Of a stretch of 64,000 nt of DNA, positions 41,556 through 57,605 are shown one piece after another. A program made the position numbers and the translations under genes. Positions within the stretch are counted from its first letter, which is position 1; each line of letters begins with the position of its first letter. The notes beneath the pieces were generated by a model that was not told the origin of the DNA, ran no database searches, and saw nothing but the letters and a program-made list of their open reading frames with translations. Source of the DNA: the human T2T-CHM13v2.0 reference genome, Homo sapiens; NCBI RefSeq assembly GCF_009914755.1, contig NC_060941.1; one strand, given 5' to 3'.

Positions 41556-43009
41556 GATAGAGACCAAATTCAAAATCAGTAAAGATACTTCTTAAAACCT
41601 CATGTATGAAAATTTAAAACATATTTTAAATAATTTGTGAGTCAAAAACATTGCTAATAAACATGTAAATGATGTTTAATTGCACTTGTAATTAGGGGAA
41701 TTCAAATTAACAAACAGCATACTATTTCAAATACAACATTGACAAAATAAGAGTGGAAACAGCAGATGCTGTTAAATCTCAAAAAGGAAAAAAAAGAATG
41801 TAGAAAAATAGAAATGCTTATTCACTACTGGTGTGCATAAATTAATGAAGCCAGTTTGGAGAACAATTCAACAATATCTAATAAAATTGACCATATGTCC
41901 CCTATGGCTTAGCACTTCCTTTTCTAGGGATATAATGTAGAGAAATTTTCACACATTTTTACAAAGAGACATGTATAATGTTCTGTAATTTAAAAAAAAA
42001 AGCAGATTGGAGTAGTTATAAAAGCCTGTTAATCAGGGAATGGATAATAAATTACAATAAATTCATACAACGGATTACTGTTCACAGTTAAAATAAGTGA
42101 ACTAGTTTTGCAGACAATATTGAGCAATTATGAAATCATAAAATTGAGGTAAAAATAAAAATAATTTGTAGAGTTACTCTTTAAGATTATGCTTTTGAGG
42201 TAAAAGCTTAAATGCACAAAATAAGAGTACATATTATTAGGGGATACTTGCTTATGTAGTAAATGTCATTAAATTAAGACCAGGAAGAATACTTAGGATA
42301 GTAGTTCCTGCTGAGGAATAATTTATAAAAACTTTTAACCGAATATATAGTTTTATTTATTGAAAATATATACATAAATTTTAAGTACATATCAATGAGT
42401 AATTGATGATAGTGAGTATATAGGTGTTCTTTGTATTATTATTTTTTGTGTTTATATTTGAAACATTTTTATAACTGAAGAGAAAAAAATACAGAAGCTA
42501 AAAATCATTATGCCATGTTATACAATGCAAATACTTGACTACTATACGAGATAAGCAGATGATGCTAGACTAAGCTTAAGAATCATTTTTGAAAGAATCT
42601 TTCCTGATATTCTTTCTCCATTCTTCTTTCATTGTTCCCAAATTGCTCACTTACAGATTAACCAGTTGCTTTGTGTATTAATATACCCTATACATACTTC
42701 TATTAAATTATGTGTTTTACTTATTTCTTTACAGTTGTTCTCACCCTTGAGACCGTAAACTCTTTGGGGTGAGAGACTATATTTCATTTATCTATCACCT
42801 ATGCATAGTTTAGTGGCTGACAAATAGTAGGCACCAAATAAATTATTTGATGAATGAATTACTAAATGATTGAACGAGATTCTAAAGGAGGAAGAAATAT
42901 GTAAGAGATAATTACCAATACTAAACTTTGCCTACATTTTAGTTTTGATGTGATCGACACTATATATGCTCTTGCCATATCCAATAATAGGACATCCAAT
43001 TAGTCCCTT

Positions 43010-43540
43010 TGCGTTAGTTAAGATTAGATTTTGCTATATATAACTGGCGAACTCAAAATAACAGTAGTTTCCTTTAGAAATTTCTTTCACACCAAAAAGA
43101 AGCCTGAAAGAAGGTAATCCAGGGCTGCCGTGGAGGTTTCAGAGTATCAGGGACCATGTTCCAATTATCTTTCTGTTCCACCATCTTTACTGCGGTACCA
43201 CATGAACCAAAAGAACTGCTCAAATTCCATCAGTTCCTCTTTCTTTCCTTCCTTCCTTTCATCTTTTTTCTTCCTCTTTCTTTCCCCTTACTAATCCGCA
43301 TGGACAAGAAGTGCTTACCCCGACTTTTGAAAGGAGACTTCCTAATAGTACTCTATGGCACTTCCCCTTGTATCTCATTGGCTAGTACCTAGTTAGTTAC
43401 ATGGCCGCATGGAGATGTACAAGGGGCTGGGAAATGTCTTTTAGCTGCATGGCAGTGTTTTCAGCCGAAAATTGTGGTTGGTTCGGTTACTAAGGAGCAA
43501 GGAGAGAATGGACATTGGAATACAATTAACAGTCTCTGAA
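43010..43540. mobile_element. MLT1-type MaLR LTR
   Basis: Typical antisense MLT1 motifs (ctcattggctagtacctag, ggctgggaaatgt). Confidence 0.6.
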
Positions 43541-44108
43541 TTTTTAATCACTAATGGATACCAAAACGAGAAAGAACTTTTCCCTTAAGGGGAAGAGCCT
43601 GATGAAAGAGAGAAGTAAGTGGCAGAGAAAGCTTTTTAGTTTACTATTTGTGTAAGCCTGCCCCTAACAAGCCAAAAATTAGAAGATTTTATGTTGAACC
43701 TAATTCCTATCAACTTCAGTTCTGCTCTCAAAGGCAAGATGTTAACCAAATATAATTCATGTTTTAGAGTGTCACTTGTAAATCTGATGTAGTAGGATTC
43801 TTTTGCCATTTTACATGTGCCAAATCATATAAACTAAGAAATAGTTTGATTTTTGGTTCTAGGACAATGTCATAAATTTGGTATTAGCTAAAGTGCTAGT
43901 CTTGGGGAAAAAATGAGGTAGTAGTAAAATCAGGAAGCTAATCTTCAATAGGCACTTAATCCATAAAGAGCTGACTTCCCTTGGGTGTTTAATCCTGGTC
44001 GACTGTTTCTGGTATTGATTATTTTCCCTGGGTTGTAAAGTTTGTAATGAAAAGTTTTATTCTTTGGAGATTTGAAAAATTGCTTTTCATGAGTCCTTTA
44101 TCTTCCAG

Positions 44109-44205
44109 GCTCTAAATTATCTTGGTATTCAGCCCACAAAGGAACAACACCAAGCCCTGAGACAGCAAGTACAAGCAGACTCAAAAGGGACAGTGTCTTT
44201 TGGAG
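44109..44205 (+). CDS. STXBP4: STXBP4 coding exon (probably exon 9), EF-hand-like region
   Basis: Acceptor tcttccAG|GCT and donor GAG|GTAATA; 97 nt. Translates ALNYLGIQPTKEQHQALRQQVQADSKGTVSFG. Confidence 0.94.
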
Positions 44206-44602
44206 GTAATATTAGGTTTATTGTGTTGTATTATCACTGAATCATCATTCAAGAGTTATGGTGACACATTTTCATTAAGAGTGTTTGTTCTTTAGAAGGA
44301 GAGAATGAAAAGTAAAACTACATCCATTTCAAGGTCCTTAATCAGTACCCAAAGAACTCAGCTAGAATTACTGACCTGGCAGGGTCAGCAGAAAGAAGAA
44401 TTTCATTAGGACCTTTCAGCTCTAAAATATCATCATTCTGTCATATTCTTTTTATTTTTTATTTATTGCATAAACATTGCTTTAGTAATAACAAAAGAAA
44501 CAGTACAAAATATGGAAGTTCTAATTTCACTACTGTGAGATTAATTCGAATCCTTTTTCAGCTAATATAATATAGTAAATATTTTTATGATGCTACCTAA
44601 TT

Positions 44603-44840
44603 AGAGTCATCCCTTGGTATGGGAGGGGAATTGTTTCCCGGACCCCTGCATATACCCAAATCCAGCCATACTCAATCTCATAGACAGCCTTGCAGAACCC
44701 ACATATAGTAAAAGTTTACCCTCCACATATGTGGCTTTTCCAACCTGCAAATACTGTATTTTTTATGCATTTGGTTGAAAAAACTTGATGTATAAGTGAA
44801 CCTGTGTAGTTCAAGCCTATGTTGTTCAGGGGTCAACTCT
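44603..44840. mobile_element. MER8-like (Tigger) DNA transposon
   Basis: Termini gtcatcccttggtat and gttgttcaggggtcaact; ~240 bp. Confidence 0.75.
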
Positions 44841-46032
44841 ATTCTTATTAAAGATACCATAATGTACCACTTAGTTATTGTACTATAATATTAAGCCTTT
44901 CTACTATTGTGAATTTTGATAGTTTCTCAGTAGCTGATATTACAAATCTGTATTTATCAACATTATGAATGTAGCTGTTTTTCTTTCTTAAGCCAAATCC
45001 TCACAAATGATTTGGACTTTTGATACATATTGGTAAATTGTTTTTCAGAGATATTTTGCACATATATTCGTTCCACCACCAGTAATGTTTGAATATAACA
45101 CTTTTTGTCTTCTTGTCACTATTAAGTAATTTTTTTCTTGTATAATAGATGTAACATTGTATTATTTATAAAGCATCTGTATTGCTGAAAAAAAATTGAC
45201 CTTTTGGTTTTTAAGTGATGAAAAAAAGATATTTTTCATCCCATCTCCACTTGAAAATCATCCCAAAATAATAATGAAAACAAGAAACAGAAAAACACAT
45301 ACAAGTAAAATCACAATATCTAAGGACAGAAAAATGGGTGAGGAAAGTAAATTTGTGAGCAGAGGCAGGTAAAGCCCAAGTGTGTGAAGATAGAGGAAAA
45401 TCACAATGAGGAACAAGTTGATTTGACCCTAAAATGATTTAAGAATTGAAGACATCAAGTACTTCTGGAGACTGAGTTTTTAGGCAGGATATTAAAACAG
45501 GATTGTTGGAAATCTTTATAAGGAGAATTATGCATGCTCTTCTCTGCTCTTTCTCAAGTAGTCCGGCATCTCCCACCGTACACCTCCAGGAGAAAAGAAG
45601 TATATTCCTTTGAGAAATTAAACCAGAGATCGTGGACCTATAGTTGCCAGCTGCAAGGGAGTTTGTGGAGTATATAGTGAGTCATCACTCGTAATATGCA
45701 CCCAGATTGCTCAGGGAACTTTGCTGCCATGTTTATTACTATAGGCAGAAGACTATGGTATTCTCTCTGAAGAAGCTGAACAGAAATGTCAGCTGGCCAC
45801 CAGATTGCCCTGTAGTGAAAGCTGCCAGTTGACAAAGCAAGTTACACACACAAAATTTCCAACCAACTTTTTTAGTGCCCGATTCTTAAATATGAACTCA
45901 TAGTCAAGAGTCACCAGAGATTTGGAGAAATCCTCCAACATAAAATATAGAACCCAAAACTATCAGACAAACAGAAAAAAGGAACTCAGAAAAAAAGAAA
46001 TAAAGAAGCACAGAAGAGAATTTCAGGTAGGA

Positions 46033-46750
<718 letters not shown>

Positions 46751-47108
46751 TAATTGCTATCAAACCTCAGGTTCTTCCAGCTAGAAAAGCCATAAATCAT
46801 AATATTGTCAAATGTTTCAGAAAAAGTTCTACTCATAATACAAGGGTTGAAAAACTATAGGTCCATGATATATATTTGCTTTATTATTATCTTAGCTGAA
46901 TTATTAATTTTAGCAAAGTTAACTGAAGTAAGTTCAGACCAATTTGTCTCTTCTTATTTGAACTTACATTTACCTATCACTTCAGTCAATACTATTTTAA
47001 GATAATTTATGTGGGTTAAATTTGAAACCTTAGCAACTTCATATAGAATAAAGTAAGATTTAGAAGGGGTTAAATGCCATGTTCTTACTTAAATGTGTTC
47101 CATTTTAG

Positions 47109-47200
47109 ATTTTGTCCAGGTTGCCAGAAACTTGTTTTGCTTGCAGTTGGATGAAGTAAATGTTGGTGCACATGAAATTTCCAATATATTAGATTCACAG
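47109..47200 (+). CDS. STXBP4: STXBP4 coding exon (probably exon 10)
   Basis: Acceptor cattttAG|AT and donor CAG|GTAGAG; 92 nt. Translates (D)FVQVARNLFCLQLDEVNVGAHEISNILDSQ. Confidence 0.94.
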
Positions 47201-48819
47201 GTAGAGTATGCCCTATAGAATTGCTTTGACATGTATAAGTCACAAGTCTTGAATGTTATATGTCATATGTGTAGGCTTTTTTCACTTAAAAATAGAAATA
47301 ATACATGTTTCTTGGATAAATATATAAATACAAATCAATTTAAAATCAAAAGTAAAAGTTCATCCTGATATTCATTCTCCTCTCTCGCTAGCCTCTTGTG
47401 CTACTATCACACCTAAGTTTACCAGTATTGACAATTTGATATGTGGAGGATACGTGCTATAACTAGCTAGCTAGACAAACTGACAGATACCATGTGTGCA
47501 TGTGTCCATTCTAATCTGTTTTATCTCTCTATAATATACACATAGAAAAGCACCTATATAATGTATATATACTATGAAATTTTATAGCCTAAACCATCCT
47601 TATTTAATTAGCATCCAGATCAAGAAACATAATATTAAATAAATACATTACCAGATGCTCTCCTGCCCCCAGGTTCCTTTTTGATTGCTAGTAACACCCC
47701 TGTACCCCCACAAAAAATTGGGTAACTACTCTTTCACCTTCTAACAATGTAGATTGGTTTTGCCTCTTTTTGTGCTTTATGTAAAATGGGATTGTGAAGT
47801 CTATTAGCTTCAATCATGTGTTCTATAGAAGTTTGACATTTATATTATTGAATATTTTAGTCCTTTTCATTGTGGATTTTTGGTAGTTTTATCCTCTTAA
47901 GGACCTCCTTCTTAATTTATGTTCTATATAATTTGTATATTTAATTAAAAAATTCATTCATTATGCATGGCAAACCACCTGTTTTTGTTCCACCATCATT
48001 TATTTAAAAACCCATCTTCATTTTTGCCATTGATTTGAAATGCAAACTTTATCATATACTAAATTTCTATCTAGATACACAGATCTGTTTTTCTATCTAC
48101 CATTTGAATGTTTCTTACCTTAAAATCGACTTAGTCTCATGATATAGTTATAACAACTTTTCATTGGTTGATTTTTTTTTGGTTTCCAGTGATTAAAATA
48201 ATTGGATATATAAATACATATATTTTTAAAAGAAACCTGTTATTATACAATTCTTTTAAATGTTACCAGTAGAATATAAATACTACAGTATTTTATACCC
48301 ATAACCATCTATTTCAAAGAAAATTCATGCATTATCCTTTTATGCTCAAAATTTTATCTTTTCTTTTTCTCTGTTAGCTCTTATTTCTGTTCCATATAGA
48401 CCTGGAATCTTATCCTGATAACACATAATTGTATGCTTGCGAAATGATCACCCTATCATTTTGCTGCAAAAAAACTTTAAATGAATTAAAATGATTTGTT
48501 TTATTTTCCTATGTTTATAAGGCTTTACAAATTAAAATTTTCTTCCATATTGAATTATAATTATACTTATTATTGGTACATAATTAATAAAATTAGAAAT
48601 CTGACATAACTTTTGATCAATCATTTTTATGAACATATTAAAAATATAAATCTGTATTTTAATGGGATGAAAGAATTCTTTTCATGCCAGCTCTGTCCCT
48701 TATGAAATTACCATATTTACCTGGGAATTTCTGGACTCTTTATTCTGGTGGCTTCTTGGCTTCATAAGTCTTGATATCTAATAAGATGTTCTCGTATCTT
48801 ATTTGTGTTTATCTTATTT

Positions 48820-49110
48820 ACTTTTAATTGACAAATAATAATTTTATATATTTATTGTGTACAATATGACTTAGAATGTGTATACATTGTGGAATGGCTC
48901 AATTGAGCTAATTAACATATGCTTTACCTCAAATAATTTATCTTTTTTTATAGTGAGAACACTTAAAATCTGCTCTCTTAGCAATTTTCAAAATGCAATA
49001 CATCGTTATTAACTGTAGTCGCCATGTTGTACAATATATCTCTTGAACTTTTTTCTGCTGTCTTATGGAAATGTTATGTCCTTTGACATCACTTCAAACT
49101 GCCCCCCAGA
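48820..49110 (-). mobile_element. L1MA/MB 3' end fragment
   Basis: gtgagaacacttaaaatctgctctcttagcaattttcaa motif. Confidence 0.75.
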
Positions 49111-51979
49111 CCTCCTGCCATTCTTTTAAAATATTGCTTTGGCTAATCTTCAGTCTTATCTTGTCCATATGAGTTCCATGAAAAATTTTGCTCTGTTGAA
49201 TTTATAGATTATCTTGGGAAGAATCAACGTCTTTATAAATTTAAGTTTCTGTGAACATGTTATGGCTTCTCATGTATTTATATCTTCTTTGATGTCAATA
49301 TATCTTATATATTTTTAATTAATTATATTTTAATAATCTAGTCACCTTAGACGCTTTTTGTTGCCATTAAAATTAATGGTATCTTTTAAAAATTTGTTTC
49401 ATTTTAAATTTATTTGGTTTTACATAAAATTAATTTTTATATTTACCTTATATCTTACAACCTTGTTATACCCATTTGCTTTTTATTTTCCAGAAAGTCT
49501 TCAACATTTTTTGTTCTAATGACACCCTTTCTGAGTTGCTAATAGTCTTATTAACTTATATATTTCTTTATTTTTGTTTCTGTTTTCAGATATACTTTTA
49601 AATAAATGATATGGTCAGTCAGGTTCTTTGAATGCTGCTAGAAACCCTAAATTCAAGCAGGAGAATAGATATGTTACATATTTTTAATAACTTTTTCTTT
49701 TAGTTCAAGTTTAAAAACAAAAATTGCACTTTTATTTCATGGTTATATTTAGAGCTCTACTGTTTTCAAGTGATATGCTTTACTGACAGGAAGTTTGAAT
49801 AGTGTTTATTATTAATTACATGATTTCAAATTCCAGAAACACAGAGTATATAAATATATAATTAATTTATTGAACAAATAAGTCTGACCACTCATTTAAA
49901 AAATGATGCATGTCACTTTTTTTAATGTTTCAAATCACTTTGTTCTCTTTTGTAAGCAATCTCTTTTACTGCTAAGCATGTTGCCCATTGCAATCACCCA
50001 CAGATCTGGTTGTTCTGTAACCCTCAGGAGAGTGCCCAGTTCTCCCAGAATGAAGCACTGATTTATCAGAACTAATTTTGTCGCATTTATTCAAAGAGAA
50101 CTAAAGCTGTATTCAAGGCGCACAGTTTTCATTCTGCTGATTCAGGTGTTGTGTATTAATCTACCTAATGTTGATGTCAGGGAGCATTGTTTTTTACTGC
50201 CAAACAGTTCTCAGAGCTGCCATGCTCATTTTTGATGAGGAAGGCAAAGATGGTTGGGTAGTTTACAACAAGCCAATGAAATAGGCAATTCAGAGTATTT
50301 TGTATGAGCAAGCAAATCTTTTTTAGCAGCTGCAGATGGATGGTCATGCTCCAGGTTAGCAATTTATTTCCTCCTTACCAATATAATTTTAGGGCAGATA
50401 AGAATGTGTTTATAGTTTGGAAGTTGTTGGGATTAAAAAAAAAATATGTTCAACCTGTGAGACTTTGACAGCAAAAGCAAAGCGCTAATGGCAATTGTGC
50501 AAGAGTCACTAATTCCAGACATGTCAATAATTCTGACATGTCAATGATTTCCAATTTGTGGCTTCAGATCAAAATGTCGTGCAATAGAATTATATTAATT
50601 TTTTATTATATTTTTTCACTTGAGTACAGAATAAGAAAACATATTTTACACCATACTCACGTATATAACTGAAACAAAAGCCTGTCAAAGCATTAGTTAC
50701 CTTTTCTATGTACATTGCATTCTTATTTAATATTCACTTGTATTTCATTAAAACTTTGGTTTCACGATTCGCTAATGGGTGATGTAACAGTCTGAAGAAA
50801 CATTATAAAAATCACAATTTTAGTCATGTGGCTCACCAAAAGCAAATAAAAAATAACTGATTGTTTTGCAGTGTAATTCCCTACTTTTTTGAGTTCAAAA
50901 GCAGTTTAGTCCCCCATCTGAAGTATGCCAATCAGTCTGTAGTTACAGATGCTGACTGTCTGTGAGGGTGGGGAATTCCACTATGGTTACCCTGTCAACC
51001 ATCTCAGTTTCACAAACAACAGGCCTGGGTCATTCTGTTAGGCATGTATGTCTTTTATTCATGTTTTCTTTTTTTGGCTGATAATGATGGCTTGTCTTTC
51101 TTAATTTATTTTTTTAAATATTATTACTGAAATCTAATATATACAGAATAAAGTACAAAAAGTGTACAATTTGATGAATTTTTATTATGTGTCTCACATG
51201 GAATCACCACTCAAAAGGCTCCCTCAGGCCACCTTCCCAGTCAGCCGCCACTCCCACCTTTACATTGGAACCAGTATTTTGACTTATAACAACATAGATT
51301 ATTTTTGCCCCTTATTGAATTTCATAATAAATAGAATTATAGAATATGTACTCTTTTGTAACTTGCTGCTTTTCCTCATTATTTTGTCTGACTCATAAGA
51401 TCTCTTGAGATGCTATCTTTTAAGTAGGAATTGCTGAGTCAGTATAAAGTCAGTCCTACTTTTGTTTGTTTGACAACTTTTGGGTTTGGAAGAATATGAC
51501 ATTTAGAACCAAAAATATAATTATCTTACTGTGAGTCTAATCATCATTGCTACATTAGAAAATTCACACAGTGCTACACCTGCTGCTGGCACAAGGTTAT
51601 ATGCAGAAAGGGCAAGGCTGGAGCCCACATTTAGCACTACTCTAAACCTAGCAATAGCAGAATATAGTCCATCATAGTATGATTTTACCAGACTAATCAA
51701 GTACTGTATCATTAATGGATTATCTTAAAATTATAGAGAGAACACTAAATTCCCTAAAATAGATTTTTCACAGTTTGGGCTCTTGTTAAGTCAATTTAGT
51801 GGGCTGCGACTACCATTTTAAACAAGTGAAATAGAACAAAATGGAAAATACCAAAGGGAACTGTATATGATAAAACTGAGTAATGTTTCACTTATACAGG
51901 ATCATAGTATGTATCATATTTCTCACCACGTATAGCAGTAAATACTTTATAGCCACTTCCCTAACGAAAACACGAAATA

Positions 51980-53300
51980 TATATTGAACAACTGCAGTGT
52001 GCATGTTTTGTTATGTGCACATGTTATTAAGATAGGTAAAACTTGGCCTACATATTTTAAGGAAAAGTCATGTGCCCAAATAATTATAGTAAGAAAAGCT
52101 ACATAGTGTGGCAAGGCCATAAGAGTAATAAAGCTTAGAACATTCAGAAAAGATTCATAACAGTTGGCATTTGAGTAAATTTTGAGGGATAAATAGGATT
52201 TTATGTGCTCAAGAGGTGAGTAGGGAGTGATAAAAGTATTAGCATAAACAAAAAAATTAGAACGTAATGCACACAGAGAGTAGTCTACTTAAAAAAAAAA
52301 AAGATAATTGGGTTCATTCAGATGACAGAGTTATGCCTCAAAGGGTAAATGTTAAGTTTAGAAGTCTGTACTTTACTCAGTAGTCAGTGAGGAGCCATTA
52401 AGGAAAACAGTTAAATGACAAAAGTGATATTTTAGAAAGAGGAATCATATGTGTTGGTTATCTAGGAAGGGAGTGAAAGTGGTGGTAGGTAGTCTAGATA
52501 GAGGACTATAGAAATAATCCAGATAAAGATAGTAAAGAACTAAAGTATAGTGAAGGTGGGGAAAATAGAAAGGAAAGAAGTTATAGATCTAGATTACTTA
52601 CCAAAAACAACAACTACAACAAGTATGTCATCAGTAGGACTTGCTGACCCTTTGGACATGAGAACTAAGGAAGAAGAATGAATAAAAAAAAAAACTCAAA
52701 AGTTTTGTCTAGGATAACTAAGAATATGATGGTACAGGTAGCATTTATAGAAATAGGGAAATAAGGAGAAAGCCTTTTTCAAAGTAGAGACCATGACAGA
52801 TTGTGTTTTAGAGAGATTTAAGAAGCTGGCAAGTACAAATAACCAAAGGCCACTGGAAATTAGGAACTAGACACTGGGAAGGAATTTGGGAATATTTTGG
52901 AGAGTGATAGTTGAGGCATAATAGTGAATGTGCTCACTCAAACTTGTAGGGAAAAAAGAGAAAAGGGACAAACTTTGGGGAACCTCCCAAACCCCCTTTC
53001 TCCATTTAAGGAGTAGACATGAAAGTAACTCATTGGGAATAGCCTAAATGTGCAGAAGGGTAGGTGAGATATTAGAATATCACAATCTAAAGAAGATAAA
53101 ATTTCAAGGAAAAAAAGCCTTCAACAATGTTATATATAACAAAGAAGAAAGTTGGTGGGGGCCATTTTCTTTGTCAAGTAGCAGTTTTATTGGTGAAATT
53201 GAAAGTAATCATTTTAGAAATATGGGAGTGAGAGGAAAGATGTATAAGCCAGATAATAAGAAGTGAAAGGAATGAGCAGGGAAATGGAAAGAGAAAAGAA
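51980..53300. mobile_element. L2 fragment
   Basis: Purine-rich L2-like segment (gtgaggagccatta, gactatagaaataatccag); boundaries approximate. Confidence 0.55.
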
Positions 53301-54172
53301 GATACCCAGAAATTTTTAGGTGAATAGGATGGTAAAGTCACACACAATTTTATAAGGAAAGAAGGTAATTGAATAGGTCTCTAATGGAAGGCCTTATCAA
53401 TAAAATTAGACTGACACTGAAGTTAACTGTTTTGTAACTGTTTCTGTTTAAAATGAATTGAGATTAGGGAATATGGCCAATGGAATAGTAGTTATCCAGA
53501 ATTGATACAAGTCAAGTAACTTAAAATATGTTGGAGCAGCAACAGTGAAGGGAGAGGTGAAGTCAGACCTAATCAGCACAGTCCAATGACCTATAGTATG
53601 TATTTCTTGACATCTCCAGAAGGAGACTCTAGAAAGCAGAGTAGAAATGATTTACAATGTTATTTACCAGCTGTTGCAAAGTTCGGGAGATCCAAGGATC
53701 ACAAATGATATTGCGAGAACCAGACAGGAAACAGATGTGGAAGGTTAAGGAATATAAATTTCAGTAGTTACTGATAGATTTTGAAAACACGCATCTGTCT
53801 GGAATTGTTGCTGTTAAATAACAACAATTCATTTGCCGCTTCCTTAGCTGAAGTATATTTGAATGGAACTATACAAAAAAGTCATTGAGCACAAAGGGGC
53901 TTTTCAAAGAATTCACAAGGAACATCCACAGCCAATTCTCTGGCTGCAAGTTTTTGCTGCACAATCCAAAATAGCAGTGGGATTATAAAACGTTTTTTTA
54001 AGTCATGGTTCTGTGACTATTTTGCCTCTCAAAATAGTACCATAGATTCTTTTACGCATGCTTTACCTACATGGTGTTAAGTTCAAAAGTTTATTGTCAC
54101 ATCCCTAAAATCCCAATCCTAGTTTCTCTTAATAAATTATTTTAGCTCTGGTATCTAAAATTTTATTTAAAC

Positions 54173-54461
54173 TTTTTTTTTTTTTTTTTTTTTGAGACAT
54201 GGTCTCACCCTGCCATCAGGCTGGAGTGCAGTGGTGCAATCTCGGCTCACTGCAGCCTTGACCTCCCCACCCATCTCAGTTTCCTGAATAGCTGGAACTA
54301 CAGGAGTACCCCGCCATGTCTGGCTAATTTTGTTTATTTTTTGTAGAGACATGGTCTCATTATGTTGCCCAGGCTGATCTCAACCTCCTGGACTCAAGCA
54401 ATCCTCCAGCCTCGGCCTCCCAATGTGCTGGCATTACAGACCTGGGTCACTGCACCTGGCC
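54173..54461 (-). mobile_element. Alu (AluJ-like)
   Basis: Poly-T head; TSD ttatttaaactt. Confidence 0.92.
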
Positions 54462-55149
54462 TTATTTAAACTTCTGAATCCTGCTTATTTCACTTCTTAG
54501 GATGAGAAGATAGAGTAGGCCATATGAATGTTGAGTAGCAACATTGAGTTTCCCAGATTGTGTTTTGTTTACTTTAGTTCCATGAGCTAGTTCAAAAATC
54601 AATAAATGAAGGCAGCAGGGTAAGGAGGTTGGGGGTTTGTAGTATGGTGAAATTACTGAGGAAACATCACAAGTTATTATACTTTTTTTTTGGCAGTTCA
54701 AATGTTCTTTAGCATATTAAGGCTGTTGGAAGCCATACAGGAAATAAGGTTAATTTTTTCTAAATCATATACCACTACCACCATCACTACCACTCAATTT
54801 TGCTTTTACACAAAGCCTGTTAATATCCTTTGGAACACACTCTGGGAAATATTATTACATTTTAAAATGTGTTCAAAATTAACAATACAGAAATGAATTC
54901 TTATGAGTGTTTGTGTTGAGTACTTCTGAGAGAGCAGAGTAACAGAGACATAAAGAATGTAGATCATGTAAATTATGGGCAATGTCCATAGATACCCAAA
55001 AGCTAATGTGACAGACCAAAAAGAACCAGTGATCTTCAGGGAAATAAGTTCTCCCCAAATATGAAGAATAATTCCTACTTCTGTTATTCTGGAGTTTGGA
55101 AAGCAAATATGAGTTTATTATATCCATTCCACCACGTTTTTTGTTGAAT

Positions 55150-55345
55150 CTTTAATAAAAATCAGAGACTATGATTTGTGGGACTCTTGGAATGGCCATT
55201 TGTTAGCTGTGAAACCTTAGGCAAGTTATTAACATTTCTGAGCTTGTTTCTTCATCTGTAAAATGGAGACAAGGTGATTGATATTGAATATATACAGTCT
55301 TTAGCAATGCATCTGCACATATAAGTTTCCAATAAGTGGTTGATA
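55150..55345. mobile_element. MIR
   Basis: tttcttcatctgtaaaatggag core. Confidence 0.75.
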
Positions 55346-56179
55346 TTATTAATTGTTTTTATTATTTTTTTTCTACTCCACATTTGCCTTACCTATCTAA
55401 AGGGCCCTGCTTTAAGCCCATGCTTACATAACAACCACTTTCTCCACTTAGTCCTTTAAATTATATTTTCTTTAGTTGTTATAGCTTCCACATAGGAGAT
55501 GGCTGTAGTTAAACTTGGATTTTTATGTCTGATTAGACTATCATTGTTTTTACATTGTAATTGACGGTCAGAGACATCATGCTAGATGTACGAGATATGG
55601 TCATCTCTGCATTTTTTGTTATTGTTATTCACTTGTGCATAAATTATTAATATTATCTTCAATCTACAATTTCTGTGCAGGAATCTTTTTAAGCTGCTTG
55701 TCTGTTGCATTACATTTCATTTAGTTAAAACCAGATACATAATCGATAAATATACTTTACTAGGCTCATGTAAACCATCTGATTTATAATGTACAGCATT
55801 TTGTTAGCCTTAGATACCATGCTATTAGAATGAATGTCTTTAGGGAATAGTTTATGTTGGTAATTCCTGAAGTCTTTTTGACATTATAAACACAGTCTTC
55901 GAATTTGGAATTTTAAGGAAAATTATATTGTTAAAATAATGATAAAGGTGACAACAAAATCAAAATTCTATTATAAGTGACAACAATGTAAGGTTAAAAT
56001 GAATGAAATTGCTTTAATACTTTAATATCCCCTTTATCTAATCAAATGACTCCAACATAAGAAACTGAATTTTGTTATTAGAATACAGAAGCCTAAGATT
56101 AGTCAAAAATGATTTTTATGTTACCTCTCATAATTAGCATCTAATGCACAACTTTTCTCTTATATTTTAATGTTGATAG

Positions 56180-56269
56180 CTTCTTCCTTGTGATTCTTCA
56201 GAAGCAGATGAAATGGAAAGGCTCAAGTGTGAAAGAGATGATGCCTTGAAAGAAGTAAATACACTTAAG
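56180..56269 (+). CDS. STXBP4: STXBP4 coding exon (probably exon 11), start of the coiled coil
   Basis: Acceptor gttgatAG|CTT and donor AAG|GTAACC; 90 nt, phase 0-0. Translates LLPCDSSEADEMERLKCERDDALKEVNTLK. Confidence 0.94.
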
Positions 56270-56748
56270 GTAACCTCTAATTTAGTTTCCTTATGTTTTC
56301 TTCAGAAAAAAAAGAAAAAGAAAAAAATCCTATATTGGATTCTGAAGCATTGGGGCTTAATTTTATTTTTAATGGAAAAATATTAATATCAAATAGTAAA
56401 AATCAGATTCTTTATTCAGTTGGCCTTTAGAGAATTAATTTTTGGTCTACATATTTATATTTCACAATATCTGTGCAACATTTAGTGTGAACAATGGTTT
56501 TTGCTCATGTCTTCTGTTGAGGTTTCTTCTTATCCTTTTTATTCTCTCTCATTAGTGGCCAGGGCAGAATTAGATGAAGAGCCAATAAAGCAAGTCGTGG
56601 CAATTTTGGATCCTGTGAGTTCTTTGGGAAATACATTTTTTTTCATGTGCAGGGCTATTCTTAAGGGACATCATGTTTTGCTAACGTAATTTGGAATTAA
56701 TATTATTTTAGAGAGGAAAAAAACACACATATCCCAAATATACTGTAA

Positions 56749-57101
<353 letters not shown>

Positions 57102-57460
57102 TGATTCTCTTTATGTGGTTTCATTCTGTTTTTAGAAGAATATTACATTTAAATTATATCCTAATTTTTATAGAAAGCTATATTTTCCAAATCTTTAGGA
57201 AAAGCAACATAACTACTTGATTTACCACTAATTCGTCATAGGCACATATTTTTAAAATTATTTTATTAAATAAGGTATAGTATATTGATAATTATTTAAT
57301 TTTTATTAAATAGAAAATATTTACACCAAAAGGAAAGAAAATTTGTTTTGCTCCCTTAGTTTTTATAATCTCAACCTCTAGAGGAAGCCATTGTTGCAAA
57401 TATATTATTTATCTTTTCATAGATTTTTCTCTACACAGAAAATTATATTTTTTAAAAATA

Positions 57461-57605
57461 GGCAGGGCATGATGGCTGACACCTTTAATCGCAGTACTTT
57501 GGGAGGCTGAGGCAAGAGGATTACTTGAGCTCAGGAGTTTAACATCAGCCTGGGCAACATAGCAGGACCCCATCTCTACTATTTAAAACATAAAAACAAA
57601 AATAA
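57461..57605 (+). mobile_element. FLAM / Alu monomer
   Basis: Single left monomer with an A-rich tail. Confidence 0.8.
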
